From Acidobacteriota bacterium (lineage in GTDB: Bacteria; Acidobacteriota; Thermoanaerobaculia; Gp7-AA8): a stretch of 64,000 nt of DNA. A program made the position numbers and the translations under genes. The notes beneath the pieces were generated by a model that made no database searches, had not been told where the DNA came from, and saw only the letters and a list, made by a program, of their open reading frames with translations. The first letter of the stretch is position 1, and the number at the start of each line of letters is the position of its first letter. Shown here piece after piece: positions 1-8,839 of the stretch. The DNA lies in the NCBI GenBank assembly GCA_019244185.1, contig JAFATB010000022.1, positions 64,001 through 128,000 on the forward strand, given 5' to 3'.

Positions 1-234
1 CTGGATCGCCTTCGGCAGCAGCGCGTTGAAATTCAGATTGCTGCCGACGTAGACCGGCGTGAACGCGACGACGGTGCCGTCGTCTTCGACGGTCAGATAA
101 CGGACGTGCAGCTCGCCCCACAGCGAGCGTTCCATCGCCCGCAGCAGGCCGAACGAGAAATCGAGTCCGGTCGGCAGCGGCGCGAGCTGCGCGGCCCCGA
201 TCTCGTCGATCGACTCATAGACGTGCGCGCGCAT
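1..234 (-). CDS. 5' part of a putative FemAB-like/GNAT acyl- or aminoacyl-transferase (runs off left edge)
   Basis: Not in the ORF track. Manual translation from ATG at 234 gives MRAHVYESIDEIGAAQLAPLPTGLDFSFGLLRAMERSLWGELHVRYLTVEDDGTVVAFTPVYVGSNLNFNALLPKAIQ, open to base 1, and overlaps the 3' end of the kinase gene. The 'LRAMERS...RYLTVEDDGTVVAFTPVY' pattern resembles GNAT/FemAB-like N-termini. Confidence 0.55.
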   Translation of the reverse strand, partial: MRAHVYESIDEIGAAQLAPLPTGLDFSFGLLRAMERSLWGELHVRYLTVEDDGTVVAFTPVYVGSNLNFNALLPKAIQ

Positions 235-1225
235 GGCTCACGACCTTTCGCTGAAAGGCATCGAACGTGTCGCGGGTGTCGGAGGCGAGATCGCCGGCGA
301 GCGCGCGCACGCGTTGCCGCGCGTCGTCGCTCATGTCGTACGCAAACGGACCGAAGCCGCGCGCGGCCAGGAACGTCGCCGTCGCGCGGAACGTGCGCGG
401 CAGCACCGCATCGACCCACGCCGCGTCGGACACGGCGATGGTCCACGTGTTGACCAATTGCTCGATGAACGATAGCGCGGCGTCGACGAGCGCGGGATTC
501 TGCAGCGCGGGGAGCAGCGCGACGGCGATGAGCGTGCCGAGGTCGAAGGCGGGATCGCCGCAGCAAACGCCTTCGAAGTCGACCAGCGCGACCGGCGCGC
601 CGCGGCGCACGAGGAGGTTCTTGCTCCAGAGGTCCGCGTGGATGAGGCACTCGCGATGCGCTTCCATCTCCGCGCGGATGCCGTCCCATTGCTCGGCGAA
701 CACCTGCCGCGCGCCGGGCGCGAGCAGTCCGTCGAACACGATCCTGCGCACGATCGCTTCCTCCTGCGCGGGACGCGGCGACGCCTTGCCGCGCGTGCAC
801 GCGTGCACCGCGCCGAGGCCGCGGCCGAGCGGTTGCGCGGCCTCGAGGAGCAAATCGAAGTCGTCGCGAATGACGTTGAAGAGCACCGCGCGTCCTTCGC
901 CGACGTCCGTCATCGCCAGCGCGAACTCGTCGCGGTCGACGAACAGCACTTCCGGGATCAGCACCTCGCCTCCCGCGAACGCGCGGAACTGCCACAGTCC
1001 CGCGGCCTCGGAGAACACGCGCTCGCGCGGCAGCTTCACCGGCAGACGCTTCGGCTGCTCCGGAATGACTTTGAGGTACAGGCTGCGCCCGTAGACTTCG
1101 ACGCGATAGACGTAGTTGATGTTCGACAGCGCGCCGTCCTCGGTCACGGAGACCGGCGCGTCGTCGCGCAGCTTCAGACCACGGCGGACGATCGATGCGA
1201 CGTCGGCGACGACGGCGGTGGTCAT
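215..1225 (-). CDS. APH/choline kinase/methylthioribose kinase-like phosphotransferase
   Basis: Start MTTAVV at 1225, ATGA overlap with the upstream stop. Motifs NINYVYRV, LYLK, Brenner motif HADLWSKNLL, metal-binding VDFE, GDPAFDLG. Confidence 0.85.
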   Translation of the reverse strand: MTTAVVADVASIVRRGLKLRDDAPVSVTEDGALSNINYVYRVEVYGRSLYLKVIPEQPKRLPVKLPRERVFSEAAGLWQFRAFAGGEVLIPEVLFVDRDEFALAMTDVGEGRAVLFNVIRDDFDLLLEAAQPLGRGLGAVHACTRGKASPRPAQEEAIVRRIVFDGLLAPGARQVFAEQWDGIRAEMEAHRECLIHADLWSKNLLVRRGAPVALVDFEGVCCGDPAFDLGTLIAVALLPALQNPALVDAALSFIEQLVNTWTIAVSDAAWVDAVLPRTFRATATFLAARGFGPFAYDMSDDARQRVRALAGDLASDTRDTFDAFQRKVVSHARARL

Positions 1226-2184
1226 GGGATGGCCTCCGGCAACCCCATGTACGTGAGGCGGCTGTTCTGCATCTCCGTCGACCACGTATGCGCGGCGATG
1301 AGGCGCTCTTCGGGCGTCGTGTCGATGAGCCGCTTGCCCGGCCAGATCTCGTAGTCGCCGACGACGTCCGCGTGCTGCTCGAGCCCCGCCTGGAAGAAGA
1401 GCTCGCGCTTGATGATCACGTCTTGCGTCGGCAGTGTCGCCCACAGCTGGCGCCCGCGCGTGATGATGTCGAGGACGTGCGGCTTCGCCTCGGGATGCTC
1501 GCGAAGATAGTCGCGCACCGTCGAGCTCCCGACCGTGAGGTGGCGGATCTCGTCGATGTTCGCGCCGCGCTCGATCTGCGCCGCGGGTGGATCGAGCAGC
1601 CGCCACTTGCGCTCCGACAATTCCGCCGCCGGCGCGAGCACGCCTTCGACGAGGATCGTGAGGATCACCACGCCGGCGATGAAGTCACGCTGATCGCGGA
1701 TCAGCGGCAGCGCGAAGGCTTCGAGCGGATGCAGGATCGCGCGCGCGTCGTCGCCGCTGATGCGCCAGATCGTGTCGAACAGCTCCTGCTCCGGCACGCC
1801 GAGCTCGAGGAGATGTCCGCGGAAGACGCGCGAATGCCGCGCCTCGTCGATGAGCTGCGTGCCGAAGAACTCCATCGTGTAGACGTCCGGCGCCGCGGCG
1901 ATGATGTACGTGATCGAGCGCGTCGCGATTTCCTCGGCGATGGACCGGAACGCGAACTCGTTCATGATCGCCTCGCGCAGCGGCCCGGCCTCGAGCATGT
2001 ACGCCGGCACGCGCGCGTTCGGCGCGTGGCCGTGCACCATGCCCGCGAGCGTGCCCTGCGGCACGGCCGTGAACCAGTAGTCGAGATCGCAGTCGCGCGG
2101 CGTGAGCTCGAGGCGGCTCGCGCCTTCGATGAGCGTCGGCGCCTCCGTCCAATCCGCCTCGCGCGGAATCGTGGTGGTCGTCAT
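1222..2184 (-). CDS. vlmB: VlmB-like ferritin/HO-like non-heme diiron oxidase (putative azoxy synthase)
   Basis: Two D-E-x-x-H motifs (TQLIDEARH, NIDEIRH) plus EGVLAPAAELSERKW and YEIWPG...DTTPEER, recognised as VlmB-like family features. Adjacent to vlmO-like and vlmH-like genes. Confidence 0.8.
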   Translation of the reverse strand: MTTTTIPREADWTEAPTLIEGASRLELTPRDCDLDYWFTAVPQGTLAGMVHGHAPNARVPAYMLEAGPLREAIMNEFAFRSIAEEIATRSITYIIAAAPDVYTMEFFGTQLIDEARHSRVFRGHLLELGVPEQELFDTIWRISGDDARAILHPLEAFALPLIRDQRDFIAGVVILTILVEGVLAPAAELSERKWRLLDPPAAQIERGANIDEIRHLTVGSSTVRDYLREHPEAKPHVLDIITRGRQLWATLPTQDVIIKRELFFQAGLEQHADVVGDYEIWPGKRLIDTTPEERLIAAHTWSTEMQNSRLTYMGLPEAIP

Positions 2185-2197
2185 CTGGTCAACTCCT

Positions 2198-2662
2198 TTA
2201 CCAAGTGCCGGCGGCCTGGTAGTCGCGCTCGAAGCGGCGATAAGCCTCGTGCTTCACCGGCTCGAAGGCGGTGCCGAACGGCTTGTAGATGTTCCCGAAG
2301 ACGGAGCGGTCGCCGCAGAGATGGATCGGGAACGCGAGCATCGCCCACTCCAGCCGGCCGCCGATCGCGTACCAGATCGCGCAGAACAGCACCGTCGTGG
2401 CGAAGCTGTGGCCGAAGTTGTAGAGCTGGTGGATCACGGTCGGGATCGAGCGGTGCTCGCCCGAGCAGCGGAAGTAGTAGCAGTACAGACCGGGGAACGT
2501 GCCGAGGACGTCGGGCAGCGCGAACGCCCACGCGAAGTGCCACCAGTTCACCTCGCGCACGTGCAGCAGCAGCACGCCGAAGGCGGTGAACATGAGCACG
2601 GCCCAGTCGATGCGCTCGAGCGTGTAGATCGTCGGCGTGTGAAAGAGATTGTGTTTGTCCAT
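2198..2662 (-). CDS. vlmO: VlmO-like (DUF4260-type) small integral membrane metalloprotein, putative hydrazine (N-N) synthase
   Basis: 154 aa with several hydrophobic helices and the D/H/H/D pattern LPD...YNFGHS...IHLCGDRSVFGNIYKPF. Sits between vlmH-like and vlmB-like genes. Confidence 0.72.
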   Translation of the reverse strand: MDKHNLFHTPTIYTLERIDWAVLMFTAFGVLLLHVREVNWWHFAWAFALPDVLGTFPGLYCYYFRCSGEHRSIPTVIHQLYNFGHSFATTVLFCAIWYAIGGRLEWAMLAFPIHLCGDRSVFGNIYKPFGTAFEPVKHEAYRRFERDYQAAGTW

Positions 2663-2680
2663 GGCAGGGGATCCTTTGAT

Positions 2681-3808
2681 TTACGCGACTTGCATCGGCT
2701 TGCCCATGAGGTAGCCGTCGATGGCGGAGGCGACGGAGAGGCGCGACGGCGGATGGAACGCGAGCGCGCGCGCGGCGGCGTAGAGATACGAGACGTCGGG
2801 TGTCTTGATGAAGGCCATGCCGCCGAGGAGCTCGGTGGCGCGGACGGTGACCCGCTCGATGGCCTGCTGCACGGCGAAGCGCACCAGCAGCGACTGCACG
2901 AGGATGCCCTCGCCGCGCTCGCCGGTCTGCATCGCGCGCGCGACGCCTTCGAGCGATGTCATCGCGCCTTCGAGATCGATGGCGAGCTGCATCCGCTCGG
3001 CGATGTCGCCGCGTCCGTGCGTGAAGACTTTTTCCGCGAGCGCGGACGCGACGCCGAGGTACGAGGCGGAGACGAGCAGCTCGAACCAGAGGAAGCCGCC
3101 CGCTTCGACCGCGTCGAGACTCTCCTCGACCTCGGGGAAGAAGAGCTGTTCGTCGGCGATCTGCACGTCGGTGAGGCAGAGCTCCTCGCTCTCCGCGCCG
3201 CGAAGCACGGTGCTGCTCCAGAACGGCTTGCGGGTGATGCCTTCCGCGTCCGCGGGCACGACCGCCACCGCGCGGCGGCTGCCGTTGCCGTTGTTGCTCG
3301 GCACCGAGACGCTCGCGGTGAGGATGTGCATCGAGTTCGACAGGCTGCACGGCTTCTTGCTGCCGTTGATGCGATAGCCGCCGCCGTCCTGCGGCGTGGC
3401 CTTCATCAGCGGATCGAGGATGCTCGTGCCGGTGCGGCCTTCCGCGAACCCCGAGGCGACCAGGAGCTGCCCGCCCGCGATCTGCTGGAGCAGCTCCACC
3501 GTGTAGTCGCCGTAGAAGAGGTACTCGACCAGCGTCGCCACCGAGAAGTTGTGCATCGTCATCGCGATGGCGAGCGACGGCGAGCGCGTGGCCACGGCGC
3601 GGTGGATCTGGATGGCCTCCGCGGGCGTGGCGCCTTTGCCTCCGTGCTCGGCCGGCACGAGCAGCCCCGCGCCCTCGAGCTCGCGGAGGATGGTGAGGCC
3701 GGGATTGCCCGGCTTCTCGATCTCCATGAGCGGGATTTCCTGCAGTTTCGCGTCGAGTGTGGGGAGGAACTTTTCGAGCGTCTCCCGATCCCTTTTCAGG
3801 AAGTTCAT
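2681..3808 (-). CDS. vlmH: VlmH-like flavin-dependent alkylamine N-hydroxylase (acyl-CoA dehydrogenase fold)
   Basis: Start MNFLKR at 3808 with GAGGGG RBS. Motifs GLLVPAEHGGKG, SPSLAIAMTMHNF, ASGFAEGRT, INGSKKPCSLS, WFELLVSASY, ELLGGMAFI, LAFHPP closely match isobutylamine N-hydroxylase as recalled. Confidence 0.82.
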   Translation of the reverse strand: MNFLKRDRETLEKFLPTLDAKLQEIPLMEIEKPGNPGLTILRELEGAGLLVPAEHGGKGATPAEAIQIHRAVATRSPSLAIAMTMHNFSVATLVEYLFYGDYTVELLQQIAGGQLLVASGFAEGRTGTSILDPLMKATPQDGGGYRINGSKKPCSLSNSMHILTASVSVPSNNGNGSRRAVAVVPADAEGITRKPFWSSTVLRGAESEELCLTDVQIADEQLFFPEVEESLDAVEAGGFLWFELLVSASYLGVASALAEKVFTHGRGDIAERMQLAIDLEGAMTSLEGVARAMQTGERGEGILVQSLLVRFAVQQAIERVTVRATELLGGMAFIKTPDVSYLYAAARALAFHPPSRLSVASAIDGYLMGKPMQVA

Positions 3809-3849
3809 GACGTACCCCTCGCTGAATTGTTTTTTGCGCGACCGGTTCA

Positions 3850-3922
3850 TTTATAGAGCTGATCCATAAAAAAGTAAAGATCGAAAAATAGCATTGACAA
3901 GTTCCATAAGGACGCCTATAAA
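3850..3922. promoter_or_regulatory. Back-to-back sigma70-like promoters in the AT-rich divergent spacer
   Basis: + strand TTGACA (3894-3899), N17, TATAAA (3917-3922). - strand TTTACT (3878-3873), N17, TATAAA (3855-3850). The spacer is strikingly AT-rich for this high-GC window. Confidence 0.65.
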
Positions 3923-3976
3923 TGCAGACTCGCAATCCGGTCAGCTGCAGACTTCAGGAGAACCCACGGACTCACT

Positions 3977-6900
3977 ATGGCGACGCCTTCGCTGGTTCAT
4001 CTGCTTCAGGAGCGCGCGGACGAGCTTCCCGGCCACCGCTCGTACACCTTTCTCGCCGGCGGTGAAGAATCGGAGAGCCTGACGTTCGCGCGGCTGAACC
4101 GGCGCGCGCGCGCCATCGCCGCGCGGCTGCAGCGCCTCGGCGCGAAAGGGGAGCGCGCGCTGCTGCTCTATCCGGCCGGCACCGAATACATCGCCGCGTT
4201 TTACGGCTGCCTGGCCGCGGGAACCGTCGCGGTGCCCGGCTATCCGCCGCGCATGAACCGCAACCTCAACCGCCTCGAGTCCATCATCAAGGATGCGGAG
4301 GCGCGCTTCGCGCTGACTACCGACGCCGTCTACCGCCAGCTCAGCGAGCGCTTCGACGAGTCACCGAGCCTCAAACGCCTGCAGTGGGTCGTCACCGATC
4401 CGATCGCGGAAGATGAGGCGGACGGCTGGACCGATCCGAACGCGACGCGCGAGACGCTCGCGTTTCTCCAGTACACGTCCGCATCGACCTCCGCGCCGAA
4501 GGGCGTCATGGTCACGCACGGCAACATCCTCCACAACCAGGTCCTGATGAAGGAGGCGGTGCAGCACGACCGCAACACGATCGCCGTCTCCTGGCTGCCG
4601 CTGTTCCACGACATGGGACTGATCAGCATCGTCCTCTCGTCGCTGTACAACGGCATCCCGTGCTATCTCGTCGCGCCGGTCGATTTCCTGAAGAAACCGC
4701 GGCTGTGGCTCGAGGCGATCAGCAAGTACGGCGCGACGTTCAGCGGTGCGCCCGACTTCGGCTACCAGCTCTGCGTCGAGCGCATCAGCGCCGAGGAGCG
4801 CGCGAAGCTCGACCTGTCGAAGTGGCGGGTCGCGTTCAACGGCTCGGAGCCGATCCGCTCGGACACGCTGCGCCTCTTCACCGAGACGTTCGCCGAATGC
4901 GGCTTTCGTCCGACCTCGATGTTCCCGTGCTACGGCCTCGCGGAGAACACGCTCTTCGCGAGCGGCCGCTTTCACGACGGTCCGACGTCGTTCTCGCGCG
5001 CGAGTCTCGAGCGTCATCGTCCCGCGCCGGCGACGGAAGGTCATTTGGCGCAGCTCGTCAGTTGCGGCAAGGCGCTGCTCGACTCCCGCATCGTCATCGC
5101 CGATCCGAAGACGCGCCGACGCTGCGGCGAAGGTGAAGTCGGCGAGATCTGGCTGGCCAGTCCGAGCGTCGCGCAGGGCTACTGGAATCAGCCGCGGCTG
5201 AGCGAGGAAACGTTCCGCGCGCAGACGCTCGACGGCGACGGTCCGTTCCTCCGCACCGCGGACCTCGGCTTCTTCCACGCCGGTGAGCTCTTCATCACCG
5301 GCCGCATCAAGGACCTCATCATCATCCGCGGACGCAACCTCTGCCCGCAGGACATCGAACAGACGGTCGAAGCGTGCGACGCGGCGATCCAGCCGACGTT
5401 CGTGGCCGCGGTCGCGGTCGACGCGGGCACCAGCGAGCGGCTGGTCATCGTCGCGGAAATCCGGCGCGAGGCGCGACGCGAGCTCGATACCGAGGAGATC
5501 GTGCGGAAGATCCGGAACGCGGTAGCGGCGGAGTTCGCGGTGGAAGTGTCCGCGGTCGTGCTGCTGCGTCCGGGACAACTGCCGAAAACGTCGAGCGGCA
5601 AGACGCAGCGCGCGCACGTGAAGCAGCAGTTCCTCGACGGCCAGCTGAAGACGGCCATGATCGCGGAGTGGCGTGACGAGAACGCGTTCCGCGCGAACGA
5701 TCCCGAGCCGCCGCGCGCGCCGAAACACGCGCCGACGCAGGAGCGCATCGAGAGCTGGCTCGTGCAGCGCATCGCCGCGCAGACGAAGATCCCCGCGACG
5801 CGCATCGACCGCACCGCCTCGCTCCTCGTCTACGGACTCGACTCGGTCGTGCTCGTGGCGATCTTCGGCGAGCTCGAAGACGCGTTCCGCGTCACGCTCG
5901 ATCTCGACCGCATCTTCCACGGCGAGCCGTCGCTGCGCGAAGTCGCGCAACGCGTGCACGCCGCGACGCGCGCGACGGCGGCGACGGCAGATGTTCCCGC
6001 GCCTGCGCCTGTTGCCGCGCCCGCGCGTCCGCAGCCGGTGCCCACCGAAGCGCCGCCCGCGCAACCGGCATCCGTGCTGCCGATCGCGAAGCCGAAGAAG
6101 CTCACGCTCGGCAACACCGACGCGACGGCCGCGTCTCCGACGCCGAAGCCGGTGCTCGCCGCGGTGCCCGACACCAGACACGAAGAACGCGCGCCGAAGC
6201 CGAAGCATCCCTTCCGCACGCACGTCAATCCCGAGCTCGGGCGCGTGCTCGAGCAGATGGCCATGGACAAGTCGTTCGTGCGCGGCGAGGGGAGCTGGCT
6301 TTGGGATGAAGCGGGGCGCCGCTACCTCGATTTCCTCGCGCAGTACGGCGCGCTACCGTTCGGCTTCAATCCGCCGCGTATCTGGTCGGCGCTGAACGCC
6401 GTGCGCGCGACCGCGGAGCCGAGCTTCGTGCAGCCGTCGTATCTCAACGCCGCGGGCGAGCTCGCGAAACGACTGCTCGCCGTCGCGCCTCCGGGCATGG
6501 CGTACGTGACGTACGCGAACAGCGGCGCGGAAGCGATCGAGGCGGCGATCAAGCTCTGTCGCTCGACGACGAAGCGCCACGACATCCTCGCCGCGGGCAA
6601 CGGCTTCCACGGCAAGACGCTCGGCGCGCTCTCCGCGACGGACAAGGAGAAATACCAGAAAGGCTTCGGCGCGCCGGTACCCGGCTTCCACTACGTCCCG
6701 TACGGCGACGCGGACGCGCTGCGGCGCGCGCTCGCCGGCGGCCGCTACGCCGCGTTCCTCGTCGAGCCGATCCAGGGCGAGGGCGGCATCGTTGAGCCGC
6801 CGGCGGGTTACCTCCGGCTCGCGCGCAAGCTGTGCCGCGAGGCGGGCACGCTCTTCGTCGCCGACGAGATCCAGACGGGACTCGGCCGCACTGGCGCGAT

Positions 6901-8839
6901 GTTCGTCTGCCGCGAGCTCGGCATCACGCCCGACGTGATGACCGTCGCGAAAGCGCTCGGCGGCGGTCTCGTTCCGATCGGCGCGTGCCTCGCCACCGCG
7001 GCCGCGTACAACGAAGACTTCGCGCTGAAGCACACGTCGACGTTCGCGGGGAACACGCTCGCATGCCGCGCCGGCATCGCGACGCTCGATCTGTTGGAAG
7101 CCGACAGCGGCGCGCTCGTCGCGCAGGTGAAAGCGAACGGCGCACGATTGAAGGACGCGCTGCTCGCGCTCGCCGATCGCTATCCCGGTCTCATCGCGGA
7201 AGTCCGCGGACGTGGCTACTTCCTCGGCCTGCGCCTCGGGCTCGACCGTCATTCCGTCGACGACGGTCTCCTCGGCTACCTCGGCGAACAGGAAGCGCTG
7301 ACCGCGATCGTCGTCAGCCATCTGCTGCACGTCGAAGGCGTGCGCGTCGGCTTCACGCTCAATCACGGCGGCGTGCTGCGCATCGAGCCGCCGCTCACGG
7401 CGACGTGGGAGGAGTGCCAGTTCTTCCTCGCCGCGCTCGAGCGCGTGCTCGTGCGCATCGACCGCCGCAACCTCGCCGCGCTGACCTCGCAGGTGACGGG
7501 CTTCCGTCCTGCCGTCGCGGCGGAAGTCGTGAGACCCCGCGTGACGGAGCTCCCGCGAAAAGCGCGGCTCGACGTGCGCGCCGGCGATGGACGCTTCGCG
7601 TTCCTCGTCCATCCGCTGGCGTGGAAGGACTACGGCGACATCGACGAGAGCCTCGCGCCGCTCTCCGGCGAACAGCTGGCGAAACTCTCCGGCGCGCTGG
7701 CCGACAACTTCGATCCGATGGTCGTCGGCGAGACGCGTATCACCGCCGAGAACGGCAAGACCGCGTACGGCGAGTTCATTCTCGTGCCGCGCCGCGCCGA
7801 GGAGCTGCGCGCGCTGCCGCCCGAACAGGCGGTGAGCGAGATCCGCGAAGCCGTGCGCGTGGCGCAGAAGCGCGGCGCGAAGATCGTCGGCCTCGGCGCG
7901 TACACCTCCGTCGTCACGCAGGGCGGCCTCTCACTGGTCGGTGAAGGCCTGCCCGCGATCACCACTGGAAACTCCTACACCGTCATTGCCGCGCGGCAAA
8001 CGATCCGTCTCGCGTCGGCTGATCGAGGCTGGCAGCTCCCGCGACGAACCGTCGCGGTCCTGGGCGCCGGCGGCTCGATCGGGCAGGCGCTGTCCGTCCT
8101 CCTTGCGCGCGACACCGGCCGTTTGCTGCTGATCGGGAACCCCGCACATCCCGACGAAAGCCGTGAGCGTCTGCTGCAGGTCGCGGGACGGATCGTTTGC
8201 TCGCTCGATCAATTGAAAGGATTCGCGCCCGGTTCGGTCGCCAGCTGGGTTGCAGAGCTGGCGATCGAGGCGCCGCAGAAGCCGGATCGCGCGACGTTGA
8301 TTCGCCTGGGCGAGGAGTTCATCGCGCGCACGGGCGCCGTGGAGCTCGGCGTCGACGCCGCGCAGTTCCTGCCGCGCGCGGACGTCGTGGTCTGCTGCAC
8401 GAGCACGACCGAGCGCATGGTCACCGAAGAAACGCTGCGGCGCGAAGCGATCGTGTGCGACGTCTCGCGGCCGTCGAACGTCGGCGCGCACGTGCGCGCG
8501 CGGCGCCCGGACGTCCTCGTGCTCGACGGCGGCGTGGTGCGGTTGCCCGGCAGCTCGCAACTCGGCTTCAACGCCGGCATCGGCAAAACGAACGCGTACG
8601 CCTGCATGGCGGAAACGATGATGCTCGCGCTCGAACAGCGCTATCGCGACGCGAGCCTCGGATTCGATCTTTCGCTCGACAACGTGCTGGAGATGGAACG
8701 GCTCGCGGAAGCAACGGGCTTCCGCGTGGTCTCACGGAAACAGGCCCCCGAAGCATTGACAGTGATGCGACTCCTTAGTCGGGAGGAGAACGAGGCGCAA
8801 GTCCTCGAGGGGGCTCCACCGCTTTCCGCGACGTCGTGA
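3977..8839 (+). CDS. Fatty acyl-AMP ligase - ACP - class III aminotransferase - acyl-ACP reductase-like fusion (putative fatty amine synthase)
   Basis: FAAL: AFLQYTSASTSAPKGV, SWLPLFHDMGLI, PCYGLAE, GRIKDLIIIRGRN, LPKTSSGK. ACP: GLDSV. Aminotransferase: NSGAEAIEAA, FHGKT, EPIQGEGG, DEIQTGLGRTG, VAKALGGG. Reductase: FAFLVHP, GLGAYTSVV, TTGNSYT, GAGGSIG, YACMAETM. Confidence 0.85.
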   Translation: MATPSLVHLLQERADELPGHRSYTFLAGGEESESLTFARLNRRARAIAARLQRLGAKGERALLLYPAGTEYIAAFYGCLAAGTVAVPGYPPRMNRNLNRLESIIKDAEARFALTTDAVYRQLSERFDESPSLKRLQWVVTDPIAEDEADGWTDPNATRETLAFLQYTSASTSAPKGVMVTHGNILHNQVLMKEAVQHDRNTIAVSWLPLFHDMGLISIVLSSLYNGIPCYLVAPVDFLKKPRLWLEAISKYGATFSGAPDFGYQLCVERISAEERAKLDLSKWRVAFNGSEPIRSDTLRLFTETFAECGFRPTSMFPCYGLAENTLFASGRFHDGPTSFSRASLERHRPAPATEGHLAQLVSCGKALLDSRIVIADPKTRRRCGEGEVGEIWLASPSVAQGYWNQPRLSEETFRAQTLDGDGPFLRTADLGFFHAGELFITGRIKDLIIIRGRNLCPQDIEQTVEACDAAIQPTFVAAVAVDAGTSERLVIVAEIRREARRELDTEEIVRKIRNAVAAEFAVEVSAVVLLRPGQLPKTSSGKTQRAHVKQQFLDGQLKTAMIAEWRDENAFRANDPEPPRAPKHAPTQERIESWLVQRIAAQTKIPATRIDRTASLLVYGLDSVVLVAIFGELEDAFRVTLDLDRIFHGEPSLREVAQRVHAATRATAATADVPAPAPVAAPARPQPVPTEAPPAQPASVLPIAKPKKLTLGNTDATAASPTPKPVLAAVPDTRHEERAPKPKHPFRTHVNPELGRVLEQMAMDKSFVRGEGSWLWDEAGRRYLDFLAQYGALPFGFNPPRIWSALNAVRATAEPSFVQPSYLNAAGELAKRLLAVAPPGMAYVTYANSGAEAIEAAIKLCRSTTKRHDILAAGNGFHGKTLGALSATDKEKYQKGFGAPVPGFHYVPYGDADALRRALAGGRYAAFLVEPIQGEGGIVEPPAGYLRLARKLCREAGTLFVADEIQTGLGRTGAMFVCRELGITPDVMTVAKALGGGLVPIGACLATAAAYNEDFALKHTSTFAGNTLACRAGIATLDLLEADSGALVAQVKANGARLKDALLALADRYPGLIAEVRGRGYFLGLRLGLDRHSVDDGLLGYLGEQEALTAIVVSHLLHVEGVRVGFTLNHGGVLRIEPPLTATWEECQFFLAALERVLVRIDRRNLAALTSQVTGFRPAVAAEVVRPRVTELPRKARLDVRAGDGRFAFLVHPLAWKDYGDIDESLAPLSGEQLAKLSGALADNFDPMVVGETRITAENGKTAYGEFILVPRRAEELRALPPEQAVSEIREAVRVAQKRGAKIVGLGAYTSVVTQGGLSLVGEGLPAITTGNSYTVIAARQTIRLASADRGWQLPRRTVAVLGAGGSIGQALSVLLARDTGRLLLIGNPAHPDESRERLLQVAGRIVCSLDQLKGFAPGSVASWVAELAIEAPQKPDRATLIRLGEEFIARTGAVELGVDAAQFLPRADVVVCCTSTTERMVTEETLRREAIVCDVSRPSNVGAHVRARRPDVLVLDGGVVRLPGSSQLGFNAGIGKTNAYACMAETMMLALEQRYRDASLGFDLSLDNVLEMERLAEATGFRVVSRKQAPEALTVMRLLSREENEAQVLEGAPPLSATS

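Noticed and set aside
2681-3808. Ordinary acyl-CoA dehydrogenase of beta-oxidation
   Set aside because: Motifs (TMHNF, GSKKPCSLS, WFELL, AFHPP) and neighbours fit the isobutylamine N-hydroxylase subfamily better.
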